DNA of 64,000 nucleotides from Anaerolineae bacterium (GCA_038214535.1 JBBQRS010000008.1:1272-65271), one strand, 5' to 3'; positions 18,059-26,555 are shown, counted from the first letter of the stretch. Numbers and translations: made by a program. The notes: generated by a model from the sequence alone, not told the origin.

Positions 18059-19597
18059 TCAGAACGGTTGGGGCAGGAAGCCCACCATGCGTCCGTCGGC
18101 GGTGAAGATGCCGCACGGACAGTTAGCGCCGGTGTAGATGATGCGCGTCGTTGCGGGGTTTGTGGCTATGGCCGGCATGTAGATGTGATGGTTCGTGTTC
18201 GCCTCGGCCGGCGCGCTGTTGGCAACAGCCGGCGCGTCATGGGTTACGGAGGCCGGGTCCCAGCCGGGGCCGACCTGGCGCAGCGGCAGAACTTTCAGCC
18301 CGGCGACCGTTGGCTGGACGTTGTAGAAGTAGACCGTGAGCGGCGTCTCCGCGTCGTGGATGGCGTTCAGCAGCGCCGATGAGCAGCCGCCGTTGGTCAT
18401 GCACGGGTCATATGAGATGCCTTGCGGGACGAAGTACTCCGGCGCGGAGATGGCGATGCCATCGGTGAAGTAAGGCAGGAAGTCCGCGCCGCCCGATTGG
18501 TCTGCGTCTTGCCATTGCCCGTAATACGGGATGCCCATCGTGTTGATGTGATCTACGGAGAGTTTGGTGTTGGGCCGGCGCACGCGATAGGTGCCGCCGC
18601 CCGGATAGTTCGGGCTGGGTCCGTAGGGGTCCACCGGGGTGAGCGGGTAGCGTACCAGCACGTAGTTCGTGCCTGCCGGTGGTGAGATGAGAAAGTTCTC
18701 GTGCCGGTTGCCGAAACGCGATTGCATCTGGCCGCGCAGGGAATCGAGCAGGCCGGCCGAGCCCGGGCCGATGTAGGAATGGAAGACCGCAGATTGGCTG
18801 CCGAGTTGCTCGACCGAGACCACGGGCGGCGAATTGAAGGTGAATTCCGCTTCCAGGTCGCCGCTGGTGTAGTGCAGGATGAAGGAGCAGCCGGTGTTGG
18901 CGGGCACGAGGGCCGCGCCGGAGGCATTGAACTGCAACTGTCCCTTGTATTCCGGGTAGCGGTAGTTATACGTGGGGGCGCTGGGTTGCGTCAGCCCTGC
19001 CGGGAAGTAGTAGAAAACCGGCGAGACCCGGTTGGTGATGTCCACGCCATGCTCGAACACCCTCATGGTGGATTCGGGCACGACGACCGGCCACTGGTCA
19101 TATTCGCCGGGCTTGCCGAGACAAAAGGCCATGCCGGGCCATTGCATCGAGTACTTCACCCGGATCGTGACCTGGTTGCCGTTGCGCCTTCCCCATTGAT
19201 ATAGCGTCAGGGAGAGGCCAGGCCAGTAGCGGATGATCGCGCCGCGCAGTTGATCTTCGGGCACGATGCCTACCAGGTCAACGATGCTCAGGCCGCGCGG
19301 CTCGACCCAGGCCGGGGTCGCGTCTACGTTTGACACGTTCGCCGGTTCAGGGATGGCCGCGCCGGTCGCGCTCGCGTAGGGCGGCTCGGTCGCGTCGGAT
19401 ACGACAGGCGGTTCCTGCGGCGCGTCCGTCTCCATAGACTGAGCGCGCGCGGTGTAGGGCAGCAGAGTTGAGGTGAGCAGGATCAGCAGGAGCAGGAGGT
19501 TCAGCCGTTTCGCGTCGGCAGGTCGGTTGAGGGAAGATTGGAATGCGTGTTGCTGGTTGGTCAGATCGAGTTGGTGTATTTTCTCTTTCTTGTCCAT
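18059..19597 (-). CDS. Secreted protein of unrecognised family, paralogue B (512 aa)
   Basis: Roughly 55-60% identical by eye to paralogue A. Hydrophobic segment LNLLLLLILLTSTLLPYTARAQ. C-terminal NCPCGIFTADGRMVG. Confidence 0.85.
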   Translation of the reverse strand: MDKKEKIHQLDLTNQQHAFQSSLNRPADAKRLNLLLLLILLTSTLLPYTARAQSMETDAPQEPPVVSDATEPPYASATGAAIPEPANVSNVDATPAWVEPRGLSIVDLVGIVPEDQLRGAIIRYWPGLSLTLYQWGRRNGNQVTIRVKYSMQWPGMAFCLGKPGEYDQWPVVVPESTMRVFEHGVDITNRVSPVFYYFPAGLTQPSAPTYNYRYPEYKGQLQFNASGAALVPANTGCSFILHYTSGDLEAEFTFNSPPVVSVEQLGSQSAVFHSYIGPGSAGLLDSLRGQMQSRFGNRHENFLISPPAGTNYVLVRYPLTPVDPYGPSPNYPGGGTYRVRRPNTKLSVDHINTMGIPYYGQWQDADQSGGADFLPYFTDGIAISAPEYFVPQGISYDPCMTNGGCSSALLNAIHDAETPLTVYFYNVQPTVAGLKVLPLRQVGPGWDPASVTHDAPAVANSAPAEANTNHHIYMPAIATNPATTRIIYTGANCPCGIFTADGRMVGFLPQPF

Positions 19598-19665
19598 GCT
19601 TATTTTGCGTAGTTAAGGCACAGGATCAGCACCCCGGCATGCGCACAACGCCAAAGCACTCAGTC

Positions 19666-19693
19666 ATTATACAAAAAGATTGTGATGTGTCAA
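19666..19693 (-). promoter_or_regulatory. Consensus sigma-70-type promoter TTGACA-16 nt-TATAAT
   Basis: On the minus strand, TTGACA is 19693-19688 and TATAAT is 19671-19666, about 60 nt upstream of the ATG at 19597. Confidence 0.75.
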
Positions 19694-19886
19694 ACAAGCG
19701 CAAGATGGCAGATAGCGAATAGCTGATGGCGGATGGTTCGTAGTCGCCCGCAAGGGCGCTGCATAGATGGCGGGCGGCGTTATGTCTCATCAGGAAAGCG
19801 TATGAATCCTGTTCGGTAAGCTATGTCACTTGTCTGGGGCTTCATATAGAGTAAGCTGAAGTCATTCCAGATAAGGAGGTATCCTG

Positions 19887-20843
19887 ATGTCTCACAGAGA
19901 TAGGCTGAAAGTTCGAGGCCGGATGCTGTTGTTGCTCGGCCTCCTGTTGGCGCTGGCGCTGCCGGGGGTCGCTGCGGCCCAGGCGCCGGTCTTCCCCGAT
20001 CTGATTCAACTCCCCGTCGGCTTTGCGCCGGAGGGCATCGCGGTGGGTCGCGGCACGAGCTTCTACACCGGCTCGCTGGCCGACGGCTCGGTTTATGGCG
20101 GCGACCTGCGCACCGGCGAGGGCGCAATCCTGGTTTCGCCGCAGGCCGGACGCATCGCCGTGGGCATGAAGGTGGACACGCGGACGAACTATCTGTTCGT
20201 CGCCGGTGGAACGGGCGGCGAGGCGTATGTTTATGACGCCGCGACCGGCGCGGAGGTGGCGGTGATCCCGCTGGGGCTGCCCGGCGCAAGCTTCATCAAT
20301 GACGTTGTCGTGACGCGTGATGCGGCGTACTTCACCAACTCGTTTGCGCCCTACTTCTACCGGGTGCGGTTGGGGCCGGGCGGCGCGCTGCCCGATCCGG
20401 TCGTCGCCGAGCCGGTGATGTTGACGGGCCAGTGGATGCAGGTCCCGGGCGCGTTTGTGTTCAACAGCAATGGCATCGCCGCAACGCCGAACGGCAAGCG
20501 CCTGATCATCGTCAACAGCGCGACGGGCAAGCTCTATCGGGTGGACCCGGCGAACGGCGGGGCCGATGAGATTGACCTGGGCGGCGAGGTGATGACCAAC
20601 GGCGACGGGATTCTGTTACACGGCAAGACGCTCTACGTGGTGCAGAATCGCTTGAACCGGATCGCCGTGATCGGCATTGCGCCCGATTACGCGTCGGGCA
20701 GCGTGGATCGCTACATCACCAATCCCAACTTCGATGTCCCGACGACCATCGCCGAATATGGGAAGTTCCTGTATGCGGTGAACGCCAAGTTCGGCACGCC
20801 GGCCCCCGGCACACCGTATGAGGTGGTGCAGGTTAGCCGATAG
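19887..20843 (+). CDS. Secreted beta-propeller-like protein (SMP-30/gluconolactonase/LRE-like fold suspected)
   Basis: AAGGAGG RBS. Signal peptide MLLLLGLLLALALPGVAAAQA. Repetitive beta-strand-rich pattern. Function not established. Confidence 0.6.
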   Translation: MSHRDRLKVRGRMLLLLGLLLALALPGVAAAQAPVFPDLIQLPVGFAPEGIAVGRGTSFYTGSLADGSVYGGDLRTGEGAILVSPQAGRIAVGMKVDTRTNYLFVAGGTGGEAYVYDAATGAEVAVIPLGLPGASFINDVVVTRDAAYFTNSFAPYFYRVRLGPGGALPDPVVAEPVMLTGQWMQVPGAFVFNSNGIAATPNGKRLIIVNSATGKLYRVDPANGGADEIDLGGEVMTNGDGILLHGKTLYVVQNRLNRIAVIGIAPDYASGSVDRYITNPNFDVPTTIAEYGKFLYAVNAKFGTPAPGTPYEVVQVSR

Positions 20844-20846
20844 CGC

Positions 20847-20883
20847 GCTCCCTCGCCCCCTGGGAGAGGGTTGGGGTGAGGGC
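20847..20883. repeat. Hairpin element, family D (CCCTCGCCC...GGGAGAGGGT.GGGGTGAGGG)
   Basis: Relatives at 41337-41373, 41383-41419 and 61237-61270 (inverted). Confidence 0.8.
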
Positions 20884-20931
20884 AGATCGCGGATAGCTGA
20901 TAGCCTGATGGCGGATAATAGCTGATAGCAG

Positions 20932-20978
20932 AAACCCCGCTCTATCGACAAGGCCGATAGAGCGGGGTTTTTGTTCTT
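20932..20978. terminator. Intrinsic terminator between convergent genes
   Basis: 16-bp stem aaaccccgctctatcg / cgatagagcggggttt, then TTGTTCTT on the plus strand. Confidence 0.75.
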
Positions 20979-20985
20979 GCCCACG

Positions 20986-21402
20986 TCATTCTATATTATT
21001 GCCATCAGTTTGACGGGCCTTCTCGGCGAGTCTTTCGTAACGCTTCTTCACTTTTTTCACATCTTCTTCATCCAGGTCTTCCAGATCCATCAGGGTCTTG
21101 TCGGTGTCCTGGATGACGCTGATCAGTTCGTTGAGCTTCACCTGCATCGCTTCGTTGCCGCGATTTTGCGTGTTTTGCACCAACAGCAGCAGCAAGACGT
21201 TGGTAATGCCGTTGGTGATCCCCATCACCTCGCGCCACGGATCTTTGAAGTTTATGATCAGACCGACAATCATCCAGATCACGATGAGCGCAACGGCCAG
21301 ACTAAAGACCCACGCCTTGCCGGCAATCATCGAGGCCGATTCGGCAAAGCTCGCATACCAGGACTGCTTTTCTTGCGGCGATTTCTCTTGTTTTGGCGAC
21401 AT
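20986..21402 (-). CDS. Low-affinity iron permease family membrane protein
   Basis: 138 aa with GGGAGGG RBS. AGKAWVFSLAVALIVIWMIVG...ITNVLLLLLVQNTQNRG...KLNELI pattern as I recall for that family. AT-richer than its surroundings. Confidence 0.6.
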   Translation of the reverse strand: MSPKQEKSPQEKQSWYASFAESASMIAGKAWVFSLAVALIVIWMIVGLIINFKDPWREVMGITNGITNVLLLLLVQNTQNRGNEAMQVKLNELISVIQDTDKTLMDLEDLDEEDVKKVKKRYERLAEKARQTDGNNIE

Positions 21403-21557
21403 GGTACCCTCCCTTCGGCGCAGCGCATGGCTTGACGATGTTTGGCGGTCAGGCCGCGAAAGCCATCTACTCCTTGGATGCTATCATCAACCTGCCGGTC
21501 GGGCCGTAGGACACGTTACGAATTGACTGCGAGGACGTTTGGCGTTGGCGCGCCCCG

Positions 21558-21588
21558 GCGCATCTGACGCCATCTCGTGGCGTGCGCA
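21558..21588. repeat. Hairpin element, family F (GCGCATCTGACGCCATC.CGTGGCGTGCGC)
   Basis: Inverted copies at 55108-55138 and (diverged) 61082-61111. Confidence 0.75.
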
Positions 21589-21606
21589 GTCCGCGATTCG
21601 CTTGCG

Positions 21607-21664
21607 TCCTTGTCTACTTATTTCCTTGTCTCCTTATTTCCTTGTCTCCTTGTTTCCTTATCCC
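21607..21664. repeat. Tandem word tract (CCTTGTCTCC / TTATTTCCTTG words)
   Basis: tccttgtctacttatttccttgtctccttatttccttgtctccttgtttccttatccc. Same word family as 51035-51087, 53168-53215, 60980-61072 and 61290-61337. Confidence 0.8.
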
Positions 21665-21710
21665 TATCCGCGGTACACTATCGCCATACACCACACCTGG
21701 GGGATATGCC

Positions 21711-23945
21711 ATGACGAAATCACGGCGCTTTGCGATTCTGGCGGAGCGGGCCATCAATAAGGAGACCTTCGTCGAGCCGTGGCCCGAGGCCGGGCTGACG
21801 GTGGCCGATAGCCCGTATGACCCCGCGCCGTCGCTCCGCATCGAGGGCGGGCGCGTGGTCGAGATGGACGGGAAGGCGCGCGCCGATTTTGACGCGCTCG
21901 ATCTCTTCATCGCCGACCATGCGCTGAATCTCAATGTAGCAGAGGAGGCGATGGCGACCCCCGCGCTGGAGATGGCGCGGATGCTGGCCGATGTGAACGT
22001 GTCGCAGGCGGAGGTGCGCCGACTGGTGAGCGGCTGCACCCCCGCGAAGCTGATGGAGATCATCCGACACATGAACGTGCTGGAGATGATGATGGGTTTC
22101 GCGAAGATGCGCGTCCGGCGCACGCCCGCCAACCAGGCCCACGTCACCAACTGGCGCGAGCATCCGGCGTTGCTGGCCGCGGACGCGGCGGAGGCCGCGC
22201 TGCGCGGCTTCGCGGAGGTGGAGACGACCGTCCGCGTGGCGCGCAACGCGCCGTTCAACGCGCTGGCGATCCTGGTGGGCGCGCAGACGGGGCGCGCGGG
22301 CGTGCTGACCCAGTGCGCCGTGGAGGAAGGGCTGGGGCTGCGGCTCGCCATCAAAGGGCTGACTACCTATGCCGAGACCCTCTCGGTTTACGGCACGGAG
22401 CGCGCGTTCACCGACGGCGACGACACCCCCTGGTCGAAGGCGTTCCTGGCGTCGGCGTATGCATCGCGTGGCGTTAAGGTGCGTTTCACGTCGGGCACAG
22501 GCTCCGAGGCGCTGATGGGGCACGCGGAGGGCTGCTCGATGCTCTATTTGGAGGCGCGCTGTCTGCTGGTGACGAAGGGCGCGGGCAGCCAGGGCGTGCA
22601 AAACGGCTCGATCTCGTGCATCGCGCTGCCCGAGTCGCTGCCGGGCGGGGTGCGCGCCGTGCTGGCCGAGAACTTGCTGGCGGCGATGCTCGGGCTGGAG
22701 GTGGCCGCGGGGAACGACGCGCTGGCGTCGCACTCCGACATCCGCAAGGCGGCCAAGCTGATGTTGCAGTTCATCCCCGGCGCGGATTTCATCTTCTCCG
22801 GTTACAGTGCGGTGCCGCGGCGTGACAACCTATTCGGCGGCGGCAACTTCGACGCCGAGGATTTTGACGATTATAACGTGCTGCAACGTGATATGCAGGT
22901 GGACGGCGGCGTGCGCCCGGTGACGGAGGATGAGGCGGTCAGCGCGCGGCGTGAGGGCGCGGCGGCGATCCAGGCGGTGTATGCGGCGTTCGGCTTCCCG
23001 GCGATCACCGACGCCGAGGTGGAGGCCGCGGCGCTGGGGCACAGCAGCGACGACATGCCCGAACGCGACCTGGTGGCCGACCTGGCCGCCGCGGACGGCT
23101 TCCTGCGCGGCGACCTGGGGATGCTCGACGTGGCGCGCGCTTTGCAGGAGCATGGCGGTTTCGCGCGGACGGCGGCGAACGTGCTGGCGATGGGCCGGCA
23201 GCGCGTGGCGGGCGACTATCTGCAACCGGCGGCGATTTTCGACGCGCAGGGCCGCGTGCTGAGCGCCATCAACGACCCGAACGACTACCTGGGGCCGGGG
23301 ACGGGCTATCGGCTGACGGGTGAGCGGTGGCAGGAGGTACAGAAAATTCCCCAGGCGGGTTCGCCGCGGGCGTTCGTGGCCCCGCACACCGGCGCGCCCT
23401 CGGCGAAGCTGGTGGAGATCGGGGATGCGCAGCCGGGCGCGCGACCGGAGGTGATCGTGGCGGTGGGGCCGGGCTGGAACACGGCGCTCACGCGCACCAT
23501 CGGCGGGCTATTTCACGAAGACGTGCTGGCGGCGATCCTGTCGGGCGTGGCCGCCGAAGGCCTGACGGCGCGCGTGGTCAAGGTATACGCGAGTTCCGAT
23601 TGCGCGGCCATCGGGCACACGGGCGCGCAACTCAGCGGGTCGGGCGTGGCGGTGGGCATCCAGTCGCGCGGCACCACGGTGATCCACCAGCGCGATCTGG
23701 CGCGGCTTAACAACCTGGAGTTGTTCCCACAGTCGCCCGCGCTGACGCTGGAGACCTATCGCGAGATCGGGCGGAACGCGGCGCGCTACGCGCAGGGCGC
23801 GGCGGTCAAGCCGGTGGCGGTACGCGTGGACAACTGGGCGCGCCTGCGGCTGATCGTGAAGACGGCGCTGCTGCACCGGACGGAGACGGACTGCGTGGCG
23901 GAGAAGCCGCCGCAAGAGTTGTTCTTCGATTGGGAGCCGGAGTGA
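21711..23945 (+). CDS. B12-dependent diol/glycerol dehydratase, large (PduC-like) and medium (PduD-like) subunits fused
   Basis: Start trimmed to MTKSRRFAILAERAINKETFVEPWPEAGL. PduC-like through about residue 550. Then PduD-like VAVGPGW...LSGSGVAVGIQSRGTTVIHQRDLARLNNLELFPQSPALTLETYREIGRNAARYA in the same ORF. Confidence 0.85.
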   Translation: MTKSRRFAILAERAINKETFVEPWPEAGLTVADSPYDPAPSLRIEGGRVVEMDGKARADFDALDLFIADHALNLNVAEEAMATPALEMARMLADVNVSQAEVRRLVSGCTPAKLMEIIRHMNVLEMMMGFAKMRVRRTPANQAHVTNWREHPALLAADAAEAALRGFAEVETTVRVARNAPFNALAILVGAQTGRAGVLTQCAVEEGLGLRLAIKGLTTYAETLSVYGTERAFTDGDDTPWSKAFLASAYASRGVKVRFTSGTGSEALMGHAEGCSMLYLEARCLLVTKGAGSQGVQNGSISCIALPESLPGGVRAVLAENLLAAMLGLEVAAGNDALASHSDIRKAAKLMLQFIPGADFIFSGYSAVPRRDNLFGGGNFDAEDFDDYNVLQRDMQVDGGVRPVTEDEAVSARREGAAAIQAVYAAFGFPAITDAEVEAAALGHSSDDMPERDLVADLAAADGFLRGDLGMLDVARALQEHGGFARTAANVLAMGRQRVAGDYLQPAAIFDAQGRVLSAINDPNDYLGPGTGYRLTGERWQEVQKIPQAGSPRAFVAPHTGAPSAKLVEIGDAQPGARPEVIVAVGPGWNTALTRTIGGLFHEDVLAAILSGVAAEGLTARVVKVYASSDCAAIGHTGAQLSGSGVAVGIQSRGTTVIHQRDLARLNNLELFPQSPALTLETYREIGRNAARYAQGAAVKPVAVRVDNWARLRLIVKTALLHRTETDCVAEKPPQELFFDWEPE

Positions 23946-23994
23946 ATGCCACCACGAAGGCACGAAGACACGAAGAGAAGACAAGGAAACAAGG

Positions 23995-24396
23995 ATGAGT
24001 GAGTATCCGTTGATGGAGAACGGTGGGGAGATGTTGCGGGCGGCGAGCGGGCGCGGGGTGGAGGAGATTACGCCGGAGGCGCTGGCCGCGGGGGAGTTGA
24101 CGGCGGATGATTTGCGAATCCGTGTGGAGACGCTGCGCGCGCAGGCGGAGATTGCCGCGGCGGGCGGTTATCCGCAATTGGCGGCCAACCTGCGCCGCGC
24201 GGCGGAGTTGACGGCGCTGCCCAATGAGGAGCTGCTGCGCGCCTATGAGACCTTGCGGCCTGGGCGCGCGACCGCGGGTGAGTTGCACGCGCTGGCCGAC
24301 CGGCTTGAGCGGGAGTACGCGGCGACGGAGACGGCCGCGTTCGTGCGCGAGGCCGCGGAGGTGTACGCGGGGCGGGGGCTGGCCAACACGGATTAG
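23995..24396 (+). CDS. Diol/glycerol dehydratase small subunit (PduE-like)
   Basis: EYPLMENG...ITPEALAAGELTADDLRIRVETLRAQAEIA...NLRRAAELTALPNEELLRAYETLRPGRAT...AFVREAAEVY matches the PduE pattern. Confidence 0.85.
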   Translation: MSEYPLMENGGEMLRAASGRGVEEITPEALAAGELTADDLRIRVETLRAQAEIAAAGGYPQLAANLRRAAELTALPNEELLRAYETLRPGRATAGELHALADRLEREYAATETAAFVREAAEVYAGRGLANTD

Positions 24397-24500
24397 CGAA
24401 CACGGATTGCCAACACGGATGCACGGATGGGCCAACACGGATGAGCCCACACGGATTTCACGGATGGCGGGCACGTATTCTCACACGGATGCACGGATTG
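24385..24500. repeat. Direct array of nine CACGGAT words
   Basis: Copies start at 24387, 24401, 24414, 24422, 24436, 24450, 24459, 24484 and 24492. The first overlaps the last codons of the pduE-like gene. Confidence 0.9.
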
Positions 24501-24570
24501 GGGTAATCCAATCCTGTAGATCATGTGAATCCTGTCTGCAAGGCGGATATGGGATAAGGAGGGAATCGCG

Positions 24571-26202
24571 ATGACGATACCGCTAGGGGTGTCGGGGCTG
24601 TTGTATTCGCAGATCGGTTATGATCTGGGGTGTCCGATGCGGGCGGTGATGCGGGGCGCGACGTCGGATGCGCGCTGGGTATTGCGCCGGGCCGCGACGG
24701 ATGAGGTGGTGTTGGAAGGGCCGGTCGTCTACTGGGGCGAACTCTGGCACAGCCATTGGTGGGTCGCGGATTTTTCAGCGCTGATGGAGGCGGGGGAGTA
24801 CCGGATTGGCCTGGCCTCTGTCGGAAAGGAAATCGCTGCGACCGAACCCTTCCGCGTGGGGCCGCATCTGTTGTGGGACGAGACGATACAAGCGGTCGCG
24901 CTGGATCAGTTGGAGGAGCGCGCCCGGCTGGCGCGCAACGGTCAGGGCTGGAAGGATTGCGGCACCGCCTGGCGCGAGGTCAACAGCCACGCCACCACGA
25001 TCATCGCGCTGTGCGACCTGTGGAACCTGGGCTACGAGTGGTTGAGCGCCGAGGATATACGGCGGCTGGCGGCGCAGGTGATCGTCGGCTGCGACTACAT
25101 CGCCGCGTGCCAGGATCGGGCGCGCGACGTGGGGCTGGGCCGCGGCGCCATCGTCCACGAGATGCCCAACCACGAAACCGTGATCCCCGGCGATCTGGCG
25201 CAGAGCGTGGTGGCGCTGGCGCAAGCCTCACGGTTGCTCTATGAGACCGATCGGCGGCGCAGCGTGGATTACCTGAAGCGGGCGGAGCGCGCCTTTCGCT
25301 ACTTGATGCGCAGCCGACCCTATGGCCCCGCAGGCTTCTCGGCGATGAACCACGGCGCGCCGCCGGACTATCGCCCGCGCAGTTGGATGACCCGCGACCT
25401 GTTGATGATGACGTGGGGCGCGGTCGAGCTGTGGATCGCGGGGCGGCCCGATTATCGCGACACCGCGGTGAAGCTGGCGCGCAAGGTGATGCGGCGGCAG
25501 GTGCGACGGGACGCGCCGGAAGGGGAACTCTACGGCCACTTCTACGCGTTCCGGGATCGCGTCTTCACCGAGAAGGCCAACACGCATCATCACGTGGGGC
25601 ACGATACGGGCGCAACGTTCCCGCATTACATCACGCCGCTGGTGGAGATGGCGCGGCGCTGGCCCGATCATCCCGACGCCCCGCGCTGGCGGCAGACGAT
25701 CAGCGATTTTGCATATGGCTATCTCTTGCCCGCCTGTCGAGCCAACCCGTTTTATCTGTTGCCCGAAGGCTACTTCGCCGGGCAAGGGCTGCTGACGTTC
25801 TGCGGGCCGTGGCACGGGTTCAACACCACTTATGGGTTCGCCGCGGCGTTGGCGGCGGAGCTGGAGTTGTTCCTGGGCGACGGCGATTTCCGGCAGATCG
25901 CGACCGGCAACATCCAGTGGATCGCAGGGCTACACGCGGGGGTGACGCGCGAGTCGCTGGACGGGTGCTTCTTCTGGCATGACGAGATTCCGGAGGGCGT
26001 GGCGCTCCCCTACAGCCAGATACTCGGGGTGGGGCGTCGGTGGACGGGCGGTTGGACCGCCATCCGCGGGACTATCGTCAACGGGTTCTGCACCAATCCG
26101 CAGTTCCAACTGTCGTTGAGCCGACGGTCGAGAACGACGCGCCGCGGTTGTATCACGATGAGGATTGGATTCCCCACGGGGCGGGCTGGGTCAGCGCGCT
26201 GA
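24571..26202 (+). CDS. (alpha/alpha)6-barrel glycoside-hydrolase-like protein (GH9-like with N-terminal Ig-like domain); apparent frameshift near 26100-26112
   Basis: AAGGAGG RBS. N-terminal YSQIGYDLGCPMRAV resembles the CelD_N pattern. The tail SLSRRSRTTRRG looks out of frame, and the frame of 26040-26237 continues plausibly. Confidence 0.6.
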   Translation: MTIPLGVSGLLYSQIGYDLGCPMRAVMRGATSDARWVLRRAATDEVVLEGPVVYWGELWHSHWWVADFSALMEAGEYRIGLASVGKEIAATEPFRVGPHLLWDETIQAVALDQLEERARLARNGQGWKDCGTAWREVNSHATTIIALCDLWNLGYEWLSAEDIRRLAAQVIVGCDYIAACQDRARDVGLGRGAIVHEMPNHETVIPGDLAQSVVALAQASRLLYETDRRRSVDYLKRAERAFRYLMRSRPYGPAGFSAMNHGAPPDYRPRSWMTRDLLMMTWGAVELWIAGRPDYRDTAVKLARKVMRRQVRRDAPEGELYGHFYAFRDRVFTEKANTHHHVGHDTGATFPHYITPLVEMARRWPDHPDAPRWRQTISDFAYGYLLPACRANPFYLLPEGYFAGQGLLTFCGPWHGFNTTYGFAAALAAELELFLGDGDFRQIATGNIQWIAGLHAGVTRESLDGCFFWHDEIPEGVALPYSQILGVGRRWTGGWTAIRGTIVNGFCTNPQFQLSLSRRSRTTRRGCITMRIGFPTGRAGSAR

Positions 26203-26238
26203 CCAAACTGCGTTACACGCAGTGGTTTCGGCGGTAAT

Positions 26239-26434
26239 AGACAGGATTTACGGGATTTTGCCACGAATGCGAAACGTAGGCGCTTGTCAGGCGCGGAGTC
26301 GAGGCTTTAGCCGGTTTTTGTGGTTACAAGAGTCGAGGACGTAACCGGCTAAAGCCTCGATTCCAAGTGCGTTTGGAATTTCTGGGATTTTTGCCCCGGT
26401 TTTCCCAATCCTGTTCATCCTGTAAATTCTGTCT
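26239..26434. repeat. Composite palindrome: ACAGGATTT-word arms enclosing a family A hairpin (26296-26364)
   Basis: The left arm agacaggatttacgggatttt is complementary to the right arm aatcctgttcatcctgtaaattctgtct (26407-26434). Confidence 0.75.
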
Positions 26435-26502
26435 CTTTCCGGGATAGGAAGTCCGGCTACTGTGATCGGTGGCCGGATTTTGTTTAATTTATACATAAGA
26501 AT

Positions 26503-26531
26503 TTGACTAAAACAAGGCGTTGCGGTATGAT
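26503..26531 (+). promoter_or_regulatory. Candidate promoter TTGACT-17-TATGAT upstream of the sufR-like gene
   Basis: Hexamers at 26503-26508 and 26526-26531. The ATG at 26556 implies a short leader. Confidence 0.55.
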
Positions 26532-26555
26532 GGGGACGAAAGACGAGGCGAGTAT

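Noticed and set aside
16284-19597. Diversity-generating retroelement or phase-variable pair as an explanation for the two paralogues
   Set aside because: There is no reverse transcriptase, template repeat or invertible-segment recombinase nearby. Divergence is spread over the whole proteins rather than in a C-terminal variable region.
20971-21526. Plus-strand ORFs 20971-21435 and 21098-21526
   Set aside because: They are antisense to the low-affinity iron-permease-like gene, which has a good RBS and membrane-protein features.
21582-21710. N-terminal extensions of track ORFs that run through repeat tracts (21582, 60962-61087, 36169-36261, 35514-35720, 10852-11061, 8552-8650, 41376-41447, 48886-48948)
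   Set aside because: The extensions translate word repeats or MITEs into implausible peptides (for example LFPCLLISLSPCFL). Internal starts with an RBS match the homologous N-termini.
21403-21710. Cobalamin riboswitch upstream of the B12-dependent dehydratase
   Set aside because: I could not find a B12-box-like GCCACTG core or the expected multi-stem layout. The region is mostly family F and word repeats. A covariance-model scan is needed to be sure.
24385-24500. Possible CRISPR array (also considered for the other word tracts)
   Set aside because: The units are 7-13 nt rather than 24-48 nt. There are no uniform unique spacers, most tracts are palindromic pairs, and no cas genes are in the window.
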